Source of the DNA: an uncultured Thioalkalispiraceae bacterium
Lineage (GTDB): Bacteria > Pseudomonadota > Gammaproteobacteria > UBA6429 > Thiohalophilaceae
Direction of reading: 5' to 3'
Length of the DNA stretch: 64,000 bases
NCBI GenBank assembly: GCA_964605385.1
Contig: CAZSCK010000002.1
Span: 10,420 to 74,419, forward strand
Position numbers and translations under genes: made by a program. Below the pieces are notes generated by a model, which searched no databases, had not been told where the DNA came from, and saw nothing but the letters and a program-made list of their open reading frames with translations. This document shows positions 9,714 through 19,851 of the stretch, piece by piece (position 1 is the first letter of the stretch; the number at the start of each line of letters is the position of its first letter).

Positions 9714-10394
9714 ATGAAAATTCTCGCAATTGATACCGCAACTGAAGCTTGTTCTGTCGCATTAATGGATCAGGGTGATTGCCATGAAATCTTTGAAATT
9801 ATTCCACGTCAGCATACTGAACGTGTTCTGCCGATGGTGGATGAATTATTAGCAGAAGCTGGGATCTTTTTGTCTCAAATTGATGCTTTAGCTTTTAATT
9901 GTGGGCCGGGCTCTTTTACTGGTGTTCGTGTTGGCACCAGTGTTGCCCAGGGACTCGCTTTTAGCTGTGATTTGCCGGTTGTTCCTGTTTCAAGCCTTGC
10001 TGCGCTTGCTCAATTAGCTTTTAGAGAACAAAAGAAAGAAAAAGTACTCAGTGTAATTGATGCTCGAATGAAGGAGATCTACTGGGGCTGCTATCAGCTT
10101 GAATCCGGCTTAATGAAATTAGTGGCAGCAGAAAAAGTCAGCCCGGTAACAAAGATAGAAAAGCAAGGTGAATGGCATTGCCTGGGCAGTGGTTGGGATA
10201 GTTTTCAAAATGAACTTAATCAATCTACTTTGGTCAATATTACCAGTTTTACAGCGGAATGTTTTCCTCATGCTCAGGATGTTGCGGTATTAGCCGCTGA
10301 TTTATATTTGCAAGAAAAAACAGTCCGAGCAGAAGATGCTATGCCCAGTTATATTCGAGATGAAGTAACCTGGAAAAAACTTAAAGATCAATAG
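9714..10394 (+). CDS. tsaB: tRNA N6-threonylcarbamoyladenosine biosynthesis protein TsaB (YeaZ)
   Basis: N-terminus MKILAIDTATEACSVAL and GPGSFTGVRVG motif. 226 aa. Confidence 0.9.
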   Translation: MKILAIDTATEACSVALMDQGDCHEIFEIIPRQHTERVLPMVDELLAEAGIFLSQIDALAFNCGPGSFTGVRVGTSVAQGLAFSCDLPVVPVSSLAALAQLAFREQKKEKVLSVIDARMKEIYWGCYQLESGLMKLVAAEKVSPVTKIEKQGEWHCLGSGWDSFQNELNQSTLVNITSFTAECFPHAQDVAVLAADLYLQEKTVRAEDAMPSYIRDEVTWKKLKDQ

Positions 10395-10426
10395 ATTATA
10401 AATAATTAGAATTTGAGGCGTATAAA

Positions 10427-10942
10427 GTGATTAAATTACTCGGTATTTTATTGTTGATTCCAATGGCAACATTATTAGCAGAGCCACAAGATGTTACTAA
10501 GGAAGTTAAATCAAGTACTACATTACGAGTTAACCCTCTTATTTATGATCGCACTGTGCAAGGTGGCATGGATGAAGTTTATAAAAAAGTTTTTACAGCT
10601 CTGGAAAATAATAGTTATTACGTGTTATTTGAACCTAACATAGGTAAAAATTTATCACATTTCGCTAAACGCTGGGGCAATGATTACAATCAAAATAAAT
10701 TAACAAGTATTCGTAGTATGGTTTTTTGTAGCGGTTGGTATGCGAATAAAATAAGTAATCTTGATCCTAGTATGCTGGCATTATGTCCATTACACATTAC
10801 CTTGTATAGCAAGAATAAAGAAACACATATATTATTTGTTCGTCCAGGTAAAGTTGCTGGACCAAGTAAAGCGCAAAAAGTTGCTAAAGAACTTGAAGAT
10901 GATGTGATTCGAACAATTGAGGTTGCGATTGCTAACTTGTAG
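10427..10942 (+). CDS. Secreted DUF302-like protein
   Basis: GTG start and signal peptide. C-terminal pattern MVFCSGWYANKISNLDPSMLALCPLHITLYSKNKETHILFVRP resembles the DUF302 core. Its 3' end overlaps the convergent batD-like gene by 11 nt. Confidence 0.45.
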   Translation: MIKLLGILLLIPMATLLAEPQDVTKEVKSSTTLRVNPLIYDRTVQGGMDEVYKKVFTALENNSYYVLFEPNIGKNLSHFAKRWGNDYNQNKLTSIRSMVFCSGWYANKISNLDPSMLALCPLHITLYSKNKETHILFVRPGKVAGPSKAQKVAKELEDDVIRTIEVAIANL

Positions 10943-12431
10943 TAGCGTGGCTACAAGTTTTTTTATTCTTAATTAGAATCAGTAGCTGCGAACTTAAACT
11001 ATCTACATTGTGCTCTTCTGATGTGCTATAAAAACAAGAAGATAATCTTTCTATAAAAATATCAAAATCATTGCTTACCTGGTATTTATTTTTCCAGTAT
11101 TCACCCCACTGAGTGACCGTTATATTTTTTGGCCAGCACTCAGATTCAATTAACAGTCTTATTGATTTACGTATATTCTTAACTTTATTGTCTTGTAATA
11201 CCTGTATAGCTTGCTCTCTTTTTGTTTGTGAAAACTTAAAGCATCTCCATTTTTTATAACTTAGTTTGAAAATATAAATAAAGATAAAAGTTATAATAAG
11301 GCTGAAAAATATTCGCCATAAAATACTTAAAACAAAAATCCCTTTAGCTTTGTGGGTCAGTGTATTTATTTTTCCATTAACGGGGTCGAAATATTGTAGC
11401 TGTATTTCCGGGAAAGTTAAAAATCTGCTGTTTAAGGCTTTGAAAGGAATGGAGTGGTTTACAATGCTTATTAAACTATTATTTGTAACTTTTTTAGAGC
11501 GTGTTGAATTTACTGGTAGAAATTTAATCTGTGAGTTGGATTTTACCTGTCGCAATATGGGAGGTAATTTATAACTATTATTAAGATTACCTGTCAGCTT
11601 AATATTCCAGTAGGCTATTGAATCTGACAGGAATAATCCATTTTTTGACAGTTCACTTTGTATGTAAATTTTACCAATAGGGATAGTAGGGGGAAGATAC
11701 AAAGGTAATGCTTTGATGTTTATGATTTTTAAAGGTAAAAAGAATTTTTTACGAGAAACTCCGCTCACGCTGTATTCAACGGGAGGAAGTTTAAGCTTGA
11801 GATCTCCACTTTTTAAGGCTGATAAAGCCCAACCTATTTTAAGGACGTACACACCTTCTTTATTTTTACTGCGCTCAAAGGGCAATGGCATACTTGAAAA
11901 ACCTTCGAACACCGGATTTTTATCAATTGATAAACGTGAGGTCGAATCAGCTGATAGCACTTTGACATGAACAATGAATTGTTCACGTTCGTAGGGTTTA
12001 TTCTTCATAAAAATTATTAAAGGTGAGCTGGTTTTTCCTTTTGTAACCAGAATCATTTTTTCCTGGCTACTTACATTTTTTGTTGAAACTTTTGGTATTC
12101 GGACAGAACCTGTTTTGCGAGGATAAAGTTTAAATTTCAAAATTTGTATTTTTTTGTTCGGCCAGCGTTTATCACCAGTATCATTTATTATGTAATCAAT
12201 AACTACGCCGAAGTTTTCATTTAAAACAGCAAGATTAATATCGGAAATTTTTGATTTAAGATCTATTCCATATAAATCAACTCGAATAGGGCGGCCAAGT
12301 ATGCTTTCTGATTTATCTGTAAATAATACTAATTGTTCTGAATTAATATTATTTTCAGAGGAATAACAAATATTATTAAACAAGAGTATAAATAATATAA
12401 AACCAGACTGAAATAACCGAATGTTTACCAT
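10932..12431 (-). CDS. BatD-like membrane protein (last gene of the MoxR/VWA operon)
   Basis: Signal peptide, long beta-rich exported region, one TM near aa 365-390, cytoplasmic tail. Position after the VWA-TPR gene, with a 7-nt start/stop overlap. Confidence 0.6.
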   Translation of the reverse strand: MVNIRLFQSGFILFILLFNNICYSSENNINSEQLVLFTDKSESILGRPIRVDLYGIDLKSKISDINLAVLNENFGVVIDYIINDTGDKRWPNKKIQILKFKLYPRKTGSVRIPKVSTKNVSSQEKMILVTKGKTSSPLIIFMKNKPYEREQFIVHVKVLSADSTSRLSIDKNPVFEGFSSMPLPFERSKNKEGVYVLKIGWALSALKSGDLKLKLPPVEYSVSGVSRKKFFLPLKIINIKALPLYLPPTIPIGKIYIQSELSKNGLFLSDSIAYWNIKLTGNLNNSYKLPPILRQVKSNSQIKFLPVNSTRSKKVTNNSLISIVNHSIPFKALNSRFLTFPEIQLQYFDPVNGKINTLTHKAKGIFVLSILWRIFFSLIITFIFIYIFKLSYKKWRCFKFSQTKREQAIQVLQDNKVKNIRKSIRLLIESECWPKNITVTQWGEYWKNKYQVSNDFDIFIERLSSCFYSTSEEHNVDSLSSQLLILIKNKKTCSHATTS

Positions 12432-14299
12432 GGCTTTACACCAGGTATTGTTCGTGGTTCTTCTACAGGAGCAGGGAAGCCTTCTTCTATTTCAAACAAA
12501 CGTTTCCATAACAAGTGTTGTAAGTCACTTATTGCGTTCAATTGTTGCTGAGCTTGAATTAAATTAATATTTTTACTGCTTTGTACTTCAGAATACGGAG
12601 TTGTTACACGACTTTGTTCGGCAAGTTTAATATTTTTTAAGCCGGAAAGTATTAGTTTTTTCACCATATTTTCATTTATATCAGGTAGTTCGGGTAATGG
12701 TATATTCGTATCCAGTGTGTTTTCATCATCACCTATAGATACAGATGTGTTTTCATTGATCTCTGTGCCATCAGCAATGCTTGAAGATTGTGAGCCGCGA
12801 CCTTGTCGTGATAATGATATGATTTTTTTTTCTTCTTTTAGTCGAAGCTCTATATTTGTTTTTAATATTTTGCTGACATTCAGATTGTGCAAACATGCTT
12901 TATTTTCTGGCTGGTAACGCAAAACATCTTTATAAGTATTAATAGCCAAAGAAAAACTGCCTGTTCTAAAATAATTGTTTGCAAGGTTATATAAAGCATT
13001 AGCACGTTGTGTATCACTTTTTGAATTTAATATAGCAAAAGTAAATTGTTGAATAGCTTCCTGATAATGTCCCATTTTATATAAACTATTAGCCTGACCA
13101 AGATAGCTATGATAAGCACGGTGCTCGCCTATATTTTTATAATATTTTTCTGCTGTGGAGTAGTCACCCTTCATATATGCGCGGTAAGCGAATTGTTCGT
13201 TACTTTGACCTATTTCAAGTGCACTTACATCTTTCTCTGTTAAGGAGAATAAAATGATGCATGTTAGAGGAAATATAACGATATTTTTAGAAATTTGTAT
13301 GCGATAGGGACTTAAAGAAAATAAAAAGAGAAACATTGACGGGATAAGAAACCAGAAGAAAGCCTCGTCCCATAATATCTGATGTTTGCCATCAATATTT
13401 GTTGCTGTGTTATGGCGAGCAATTCCCTGATTATATAGTATTTTCCAATCACTATTGTCATCATAGAGGGGGCTATACGTTCCATTTAATTGTGCTGCAA
13501 GGTATTCCAAAATTTCAACATTCATTTTTGAAACAACATATTGCTGCTCATTTTTCAACCAGGTTCCATCTTTTAAAGGAATAGCTTCACCTTCGGGAGT
13601 TCCTATACCAAGAATATATAAAGGTATGTTTTCTTTTTTCAGTTGTTTTATCTGCTGATTTGAAATATCGCTAAAATCACCATCGCTAAGTAAGAGGATG
13701 GCAGAATTACCTTTTAACTTTTTAAGTTCATTTTGTGCAAATAATATAGCATCAACGGGATTGCTGCCCATGGTGGGAAAACTTAATTTATCGAGTGATT
13801 CAATATATGTTTGTAATACAGCATGATCTGAAGTCAAAGGAACAAATAAATGGGGGCGCGCTGAAAATACAGTAAGACCGATACGATGATCTTTTGCTTT
13901 TTCTAAAAACTCATAGATTTCAGTCTTTGCTCTGCGTAACCTGGTTGGTTTGATATCCATTGCTTTCATTGAGCGAGAAAGATCAACAACCATCATAATG
14001 TTTGCGCCATAGAATTGTTCTTTATCCGTCTGGCTTAAAGGTGTTCTGGGGCCAGCCAGCGCAATAGAAAAGAATAGCCAGGCAAGCAGGTAGGCAGAGT
14101 TTTTACTGAATATTTGTTTTGACACGGTATAACGAGCAGGAAAAATAACCCAAGGCTGTAATTTATTCTCAACATAAAGCGAGATATTATTTTTTTCAAT
14201 AAATTTCTTTAATAGAATAATTATAACTGGTTGAAAAGACAGTAATAGCCAGAGAGGCTCACGCCAGTAAATATCCTGTAAATAAAAGATGGCGTTCAT
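12425..14299 (-). CDS. VWA + TPR membrane protein (BatB-like)
   Basis: N-terminal TMs, MIDAS motif MVVDLSRSM (DxSxS), C-terminal TPR repeats (YRAYMKGDYSTAEKYY..., ALYNLANNYFRTGSF...). 4-nt overlap with the upstream gene. Confidence 0.75.
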   Translation of the reverse strand: MNAIFYLQDIYWREPLWLLLSFQPVIIILLKKFIEKNNISLYVENKLQPWVIFPARYTVSKQIFSKNSAYLLAWLFFSIALAGPRTPLSQTDKEQFYGANIMMVVDLSRSMKAMDIKPTRLRRAKTEIYEFLEKAKDHRIGLTVFSARPHLFVPLTSDHAVLQTYIESLDKLSFPTMGSNPVDAILFAQNELKKLKGNSAILLLSDGDFSDISNQQIKQLKKENIPLYILGIGTPEGEAIPLKDGTWLKNEQQYVVSKMNVEILEYLAAQLNGTYSPLYDDNSDWKILYNQGIARHNTATNIDGKHQILWDEAFFWFLIPSMFLFLFSLSPYRIQISKNIVIFPLTCIILFSLTEKDVSALEIGQSNEQFAYRAYMKGDYSTAEKYYKNIGEHRAYHSYLGQANSLYKMGHYQEAIQQFTFAILNSKSDTQRANALYNLANNYFRTGSFSLAINTYKDVLRYQPENKACLHNLNVSKILKTNIELRLKEEKKIISLSRQGRGSQSSSIADGTEINENTSVSIGDDENTLDTNIPLPELPDINENMVKKLILSGLKNIKLAEQSRVTTPYSEVQSSKNINLIQAQQQLNAISDLQHLLWKRLFEIEEGFPAPVEEPRTIPGVKPW

Positions 14300-15402
14300 T
14301 CTTGCGGCTGCCGATTAGATTTTCTATGTTGTACGGAGATGCTTTTTAGTGCAACGAATAACTGAGAAAAAGTAAATAAAATAAAGGCGGCTATTAGCGG
14401 CCAAAAATAGAGTGGCTGGCGAAAATATTGCACTTTAATTTTACGTTTGTTTGTTTCATGTAAATTAATTTCCTGAATGGCATTTTTTAATGCGTTTGGA
14501 TTACCTGCCTGATAACTTTTCGCACCTGTTATAGACGATAATTGTTGAATTAAATTCAGATCAACTGGTGAGTAAAGCAAACCACCTAAACGACTTTCTT
14601 CTGCGGCAAGGCTGGTTGCGCCAATGGCAATGGTATAAAGAGGGAGCTTTGCGTTTTTTGCAAGTTTTGCAGCAATGTCGGGCTCTATGTTTCCAGTAGG
14701 TTGATCAGCATCCGTTAATAAAACAAGAATCCGTTTTCGTTTGTTTGTGGTTTTTGTTTTTTCATTTTCTTGAGTTGCCTGTTTAACGGCAAGCGCAATG
14801 GCATCACCAATCGCATTAAATCGACCTGCCATGGTGGCTTGTACTCGAGATAACATTCTACGTAATAATAACTGGTCTGATGTGAGAGGAACGAGAGTGT
14901 AAGCATTATCTCCAAAAACAATAATACTCATTCTTTCTCCCTTAAGTTTTACAATGAAATCATCTAACACAACTTTTAATAAACTCATGCGATCGATGCG
15001 CTCGCCGTCCAGTATGTAATCACGAAGTATCATGGAAACAGAGGTATCAACAATAAAAACAATATCACGTTCTTGTGGTGGCTCGGGTAACCTTTCCCCA
15101 ATTCGAACCGGTTGGGTTAATGCTAAAATAAGTAAGGCGAAAATAAAATAATGGAATATTCGAATGGGTGATTTAAGTTGTATTGAATCTTCTTTTAGAG
15201 CGAGCAAGTTGAGTAGCGGGTGCATAAGTTGTTGCTTTGACGAAATATCTGTCAAGCTGGCTGGAGCAGATTGACTGATGTATTTATTTTTAATTAATTT
15301 AAAAATGATATTTATCAGGAAAAATAAAGCGAGTAGCCATAACCATTCAGGCTGGCTTAACTCATAGTTTGTTCCATTAATTAAAAAATTATTCATGGCC
15401 AT
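14296..15402 (-). CDS. VWA-domain membrane protein (BatA-like)
   Basis: Two N-terminal TMs, MIDAS VFIVDTSVSM, C-terminal TM. Confidence 0.75.
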   Translation of the reverse strand: MAMNNFLINGTNYELSQPEWLWLLALFFLINIIFKLIKNKYISQSAPASLTDISSKQQLMHPLLNLLALKEDSIQLKSPIRIFHYFIFALLILALTQPVRIGERLPEPPQERDIVFIVDTSVSMILRDYILDGERIDRMSLLKVVLDDFIVKLKGERMSIIVFGDNAYTLVPLTSDQLLLRRMLSRVQATMAGRFNAIGDAIALAVKQATQENEKTKTTNKRKRILVLLTDADQPTGNIEPDIAAKLAKNAKLPLYTIAIGATSLAAEESRLGGLLYSPVDLNLIQQLSSITGAKSYQAGNPNALKNAIQEINLHETNKRKIKVQYFRQPLYFWPLIAAFILFTFSQLFVALKSISVQHRKSNRQPQE

Positions 15403-15848
15403 ACTTTTAGCCAGAACAAGCTATCTGAAAATAGCTGATTTATATCAATATGTGATTCTGAATTATTTTTATAGCGTAAGATGGAAATATCTTTTATGAA
15501 ACTCTGCCATTGTTGTTTTTTAGACGTTAGTTTATCTGGTAAAAGAGTATCGTTATTGAGTTTTTTTAATTTTAAGCCCTGTTTAGTAATAAGGCAAAGT
15601 TGATAAATAGCATCATGAGTATTAATTTTGTTTTCTGAGTGCTTGTCACGTAATTTTTTTATTTTACTTTTTGCAATGGATTTTTTTGAATATAAAACTT
15701 TCCAGGTAAAATATAATATCAGGCTAATGAGTGATATTAACAACAAACTTAACAAAGCTGTTTCCAGCAAACTAAGTGCTGGCTCGATAAGCGGTTGAAT
15801 ATCGTATATGCCATCTATTTTTTTTAATGTGCTCGTTTCCTGGTTCAT
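15393..15848 (-). CDS. Small single-TM protein (DUF4381-like) of the MoxR operon
   Basis: 151 aa with one TM (LLSLLLISLISLILYFTW). Conserved position between the DUF58 and VWA genes. 10-nt overlap with the next gene. Confidence 0.5.
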   Translation of the reverse strand: MNQETSTLKKIDGIYDIQPLIEPALSLLETALLSLLLISLISLILYFTWKVLYSKKSIAKSKIKKLRDKHSENKINTHDAIYQLCLITKQGLKLKKLNNDTLLPDKLTSKKQQWQSFIKDISILRYKNNSESHIDINQLFSDSLFWLKVWP

Positions 15849-15850
15849 GG

Positions 15851-16816
15851 TTAGAATACTATTCGTTGTTCAATTTCATCAACTGTGGTAAGAATTGTTT
15901 GATATGGAATGGCTATATTTTCAAACAATGATTTTTTAACTGTAAAATAATCGTCAGCTGCAGACTGGTAGTTTTCCTGTTGGTATAAAGAGCTGGAATC
16001 CAGTTGTTGCTGTTTACTGGATATTGAAGATTTCAGGTTGATAACGCCTGCTCTGGGTAGCTTAACTTCTGCTGGATCAGTGATTTGAATTGCGTGTATC
16101 TGATGTAAGGCTGAAAGTTGTAATAAAGTTGACTGGCTGCTTTCATCTAAATCCTGAAAATCACTAATGAGATAAATTGTTGAACCGATAGTTAATATCT
16201 CATTAAGCATGCGTAAGACATCGGACATGTCCGGTTCTATTAGCTGTTGATCAAATACAGGTGTAGCAGGGCGGGCAGCCTGGTGTATAAAATTAAAAGC
16301 CGCTTGTTTACTTTTGTTTTCCTTAAACCATTCAATATCATTATCTAAAATAACACCGCCAATTGAATAGTTATTCTCTTGTGCAGAGAAAGCAGCTATT
16401 GCAGCGGCTCGTACTGCTTGGGTTATTTTAAGGCGCTGTTGTGTACCAAAGCGCATTGAGTGACGACGATCCAGCAGTATAAAAATGCCTGGCTGACGTT
16501 CTTCACGAAAGATTTTCATATAGTGCTGGCCTGTTCTCGCGCTGAGCTGCCAATTCATGTAACGGGGATCATCTCCGGGTTGATAACGTCGACTTTCTTC
16601 ATAGTCCATGCCGTGGCCGTGGTAAATGGAGCGGACATCACCAATTTGGCGAAAGGCAATATCGGTTTTATATTGATGTGTTTTTTTATTGCCTTGAACT
16701 CGCAATAATAGATCAAGTATTTCTTCATTGTTAATTAAAGGCTGTTGAGTTTTTTTATCAAGCTTAAAGAATGAGCGTTGCCTGGCTTTTTTAAGTTGTT
16801 GAATTATTGTTAACAC
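15851..16816 (-). CDS. DUF58 protein (VWA-like partner of MoxR)
   Basis: Signature RRYQPGDDPRYMNWQLSARTG. About 320 aa, directly downstream of moxR. Confidence 0.8.
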   Translation of the reverse strand: MLTIIQQLKKARQRSFFKLDKKTQQPLINNEEILDLLLRVQGNKKTHQYKTDIAFRQIGDVRSIYHGHGMDYEESRRYQPGDDPRYMNWQLSARTGQHYMKIFREERQPGIFILLDRRHSMRFGTQQRLKITQAVRAAAIAAFSAQENNYSIGGVILDNDIEWFKENKSKQAAFNFIHQAARPATPVFDQQLIEPDMSDVLRMLNEILTIGSTIYLISDFQDLDESSQSTLLQLSALHQIHAIQITDPAEVKLPRAGVINLKSSISSKQQQLDSSSLYQQENYQSAADDYFTVKKSLFENIAIPYQTILTTVDEIEQRIVF

Positions 16817-16833
16817 AGCTAAGCGCTTTAATC

Positions 16834-17796
16834 TTATGGAATAGGTATTTCAGATAATAGATGAGCAATAATATCATCTGCTGATATTTTTGCTGCAAGT
16901 GCTGAGTAATCTAAAACAAGTCGGTGACGTAATACGTCGGCTGCAACTTCTAAAATATCATCAGGCGTGACATGGTCACGACCATCCAAATAGGCCAATG
17001 CACTGGATGCGCGTAGCAGAGCAATTGAAGCACGGGGAGATGCACCTGCAATTAAAATATCTGACCAGTCTTTATGCCAGTGGCCAAGGCTTCTTGTTGC
17101 TGTAACAATGGAAACAATATATTTCTCTAACATTTCATCGACATGAATATCGGCTACTTCACGACGTGCAGCTAATACTGTCTCGGGTGTTATGGGGGAT
17201 TTAAGTGTTGCTTTATCTTCTCCGTAATGAAGTTTGCGATCTAATTTAAGAATTTCTAACTCTTCTTCAGGAGTTGGGTAATCAAGTTTAATGTGTAATA
17301 AAAAACGATCCAGTTGGGCTTCCGGTAAAGGATATGTGCCCGATTGTTCCAGAGGGTTTTGTGTTGCCATGACAACAAATAAATCGGGCAACTTCCGGGT
17401 AACACCACCGACAGTGACTTGATGTTCAGCCATTGCCTCTAATAAAGCAGATTGAACTTTAGGAGGAGCACGATTAATTTCATCAGCCAATACAATTTCG
17501 TGGAAGATGGGGCCTTCAACAAATTTAAACTGATGTGCTTCGGGGTCAAATATATCTATACCGGTTAAATCCCCCGGCATAAGGTCGGGAGTAAATTGTA
17601 TGCGTTGAAAGCCTGCATGTACTCCGCTGGCGAGTGTGTTAACGGCAGTTGTTTTGGCTAAGCCCGGTGCGCCTTCAAGCAAGACATGACCGCCGGTTAA
17701 TAAACTGATTAACAAACGATCAAGTAATTTCTTTTGCCCAATAATAAGTTGTTCTAAGTGGGTTCGTAGTTTTAAAAATTCAGTTTGTGTTTGCAT
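16834..17796 (-). CDS. MoxR-family AAA+ ATPase
   Basis: Walker A GAPGLAKTT, Walker B/sensor LADEINRAPPKVQSALLEAM. 320 aa. Confidence 0.9.
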   Translation of the reverse strand: MQTQTEFLKLRTHLEQLIIGQKKLLDRLLISLLTGGHVLLEGAPGLAKTTAVNTLASGVHAGFQRIQFTPDLMPGDLTGIDIFDPEAHQFKFVEGPIFHEIVLADEINRAPPKVQSALLEAMAEHQVTVGGVTRKLPDLFVVMATQNPLEQSGTYPLPEAQLDRFLLHIKLDYPTPEEELEILKLDRKLHYGEDKATLKSPITPETVLAARREVADIHVDEMLEKYIVSIVTATRSLGHWHKDWSDILIAGASPRASIALLRASSALAYLDGRDHVTPDDILEVAADVLRHRLVLDYSALAAKISADDIIAHLLSEIPIP

Positions 17797-17845
17797 TTGT
17801 TTTTCCGTTATGTCGTACTTGCAAAGCGTAATACGATAACTAATT

Positions 17846-19006
<1,161 letters not shown>

Positions 19007-19244
19007 TTACCTTATTGTTTGCTTATTTTGGGATTAATTAAAGCAGAGGTGGTCTAGATGAGGTTAATCGCCAATAGCTAAATATTGCTTTGTTATCAGG
19101 TGTTAGTACTACCTCTTCAGAACGACCATATTGAGTTTGTAATCTTTTAGCAAAAAGTGCTAAATTCTCCTATTAATATGCCTTCTTTATATTAATGAAG
19201 ACATTATCAGTAATGAATAGTTATCGAAATTTACGAGAGTTTAA

Positions 19245-19730
19245 ATGTCTAAAAATAAAATATCTGTTGTTTTTGTTTGCATGGGCAATATCTGCCGTTC
19301 ACCTACCGCTGAGGGAGTATTTCGACATTTAGTACATCAAGAAGGGCTAGATGACTGGATTACAACGGATTCAGCAGGTACTCATGCATACCATATTGGT
19401 GAACAACCGGATCATAGGGCTCAGCAAACAGCGCGGAGTCGGGGCATTGATTTGGGTGATTTACGTGCTCGTAAAGCCATTGAAAATGACTTTCATGAAT
19501 TTGATTATGTATTAGCAATGGATGATGATAATTACCAGCTGCTTGAGCAAATATGCCCCGCTGGCTTAGGGGATAAATTAAGTTTATTTCTGGATTTCAG
19601 TAAAGAGTATTCAGAAACACAAGTGCCAGATCCATATTATGGTGGTGATCAAGGATTTGAACATGTGTTTGACCTTGTTGAATCAGCAAGTCGTGGTTTA
19701 TTAGACGATATCAATAGACGATTTAGTTAA
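19245..19730 (+). CDS. Low-molecular-weight protein-tyrosine phosphatase
   Basis: P-loop VCMGNICRSPTAEG (CX5R-S) and DPYYG general-acid loop. 161 aa. Confidence 0.88.
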   Translation: MSKNKISVVFVCMGNICRSPTAEGVFRHLVHQEGLDDWITTDSAGTHAYHIGEQPDHRAQQTARSRGIDLGDLRARKAIENDFHEFDYVLAMDDDNYQLLEQICPAGLGDKLSLFLDFSKEYSETQVPDPYYGGDQGFEHVFDLVESASRGLLDDINRRFS

Positions 19731-19851
19731 GAAATTAAGCAATGAATAACAATAAAGCAGAAGTATTTTGTTTAAATTAACTTTAATATCTACACTAACT
19801 GCATATTAGATACTATAGCAAGTATGTATTTCAATTAATTATTATAAGTGA

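Noticed and set aside
19045-19116. 9-bp complementary arms agaggtggt / actacctct in the dapE upstream spacer (possible structured leader or sRNA)
   Set aside because: The arms are separated by a 54-nt AT-rich loop. There is no terminator and no riboswitch-like conserved core that I recognise. Too weak without comparative data.
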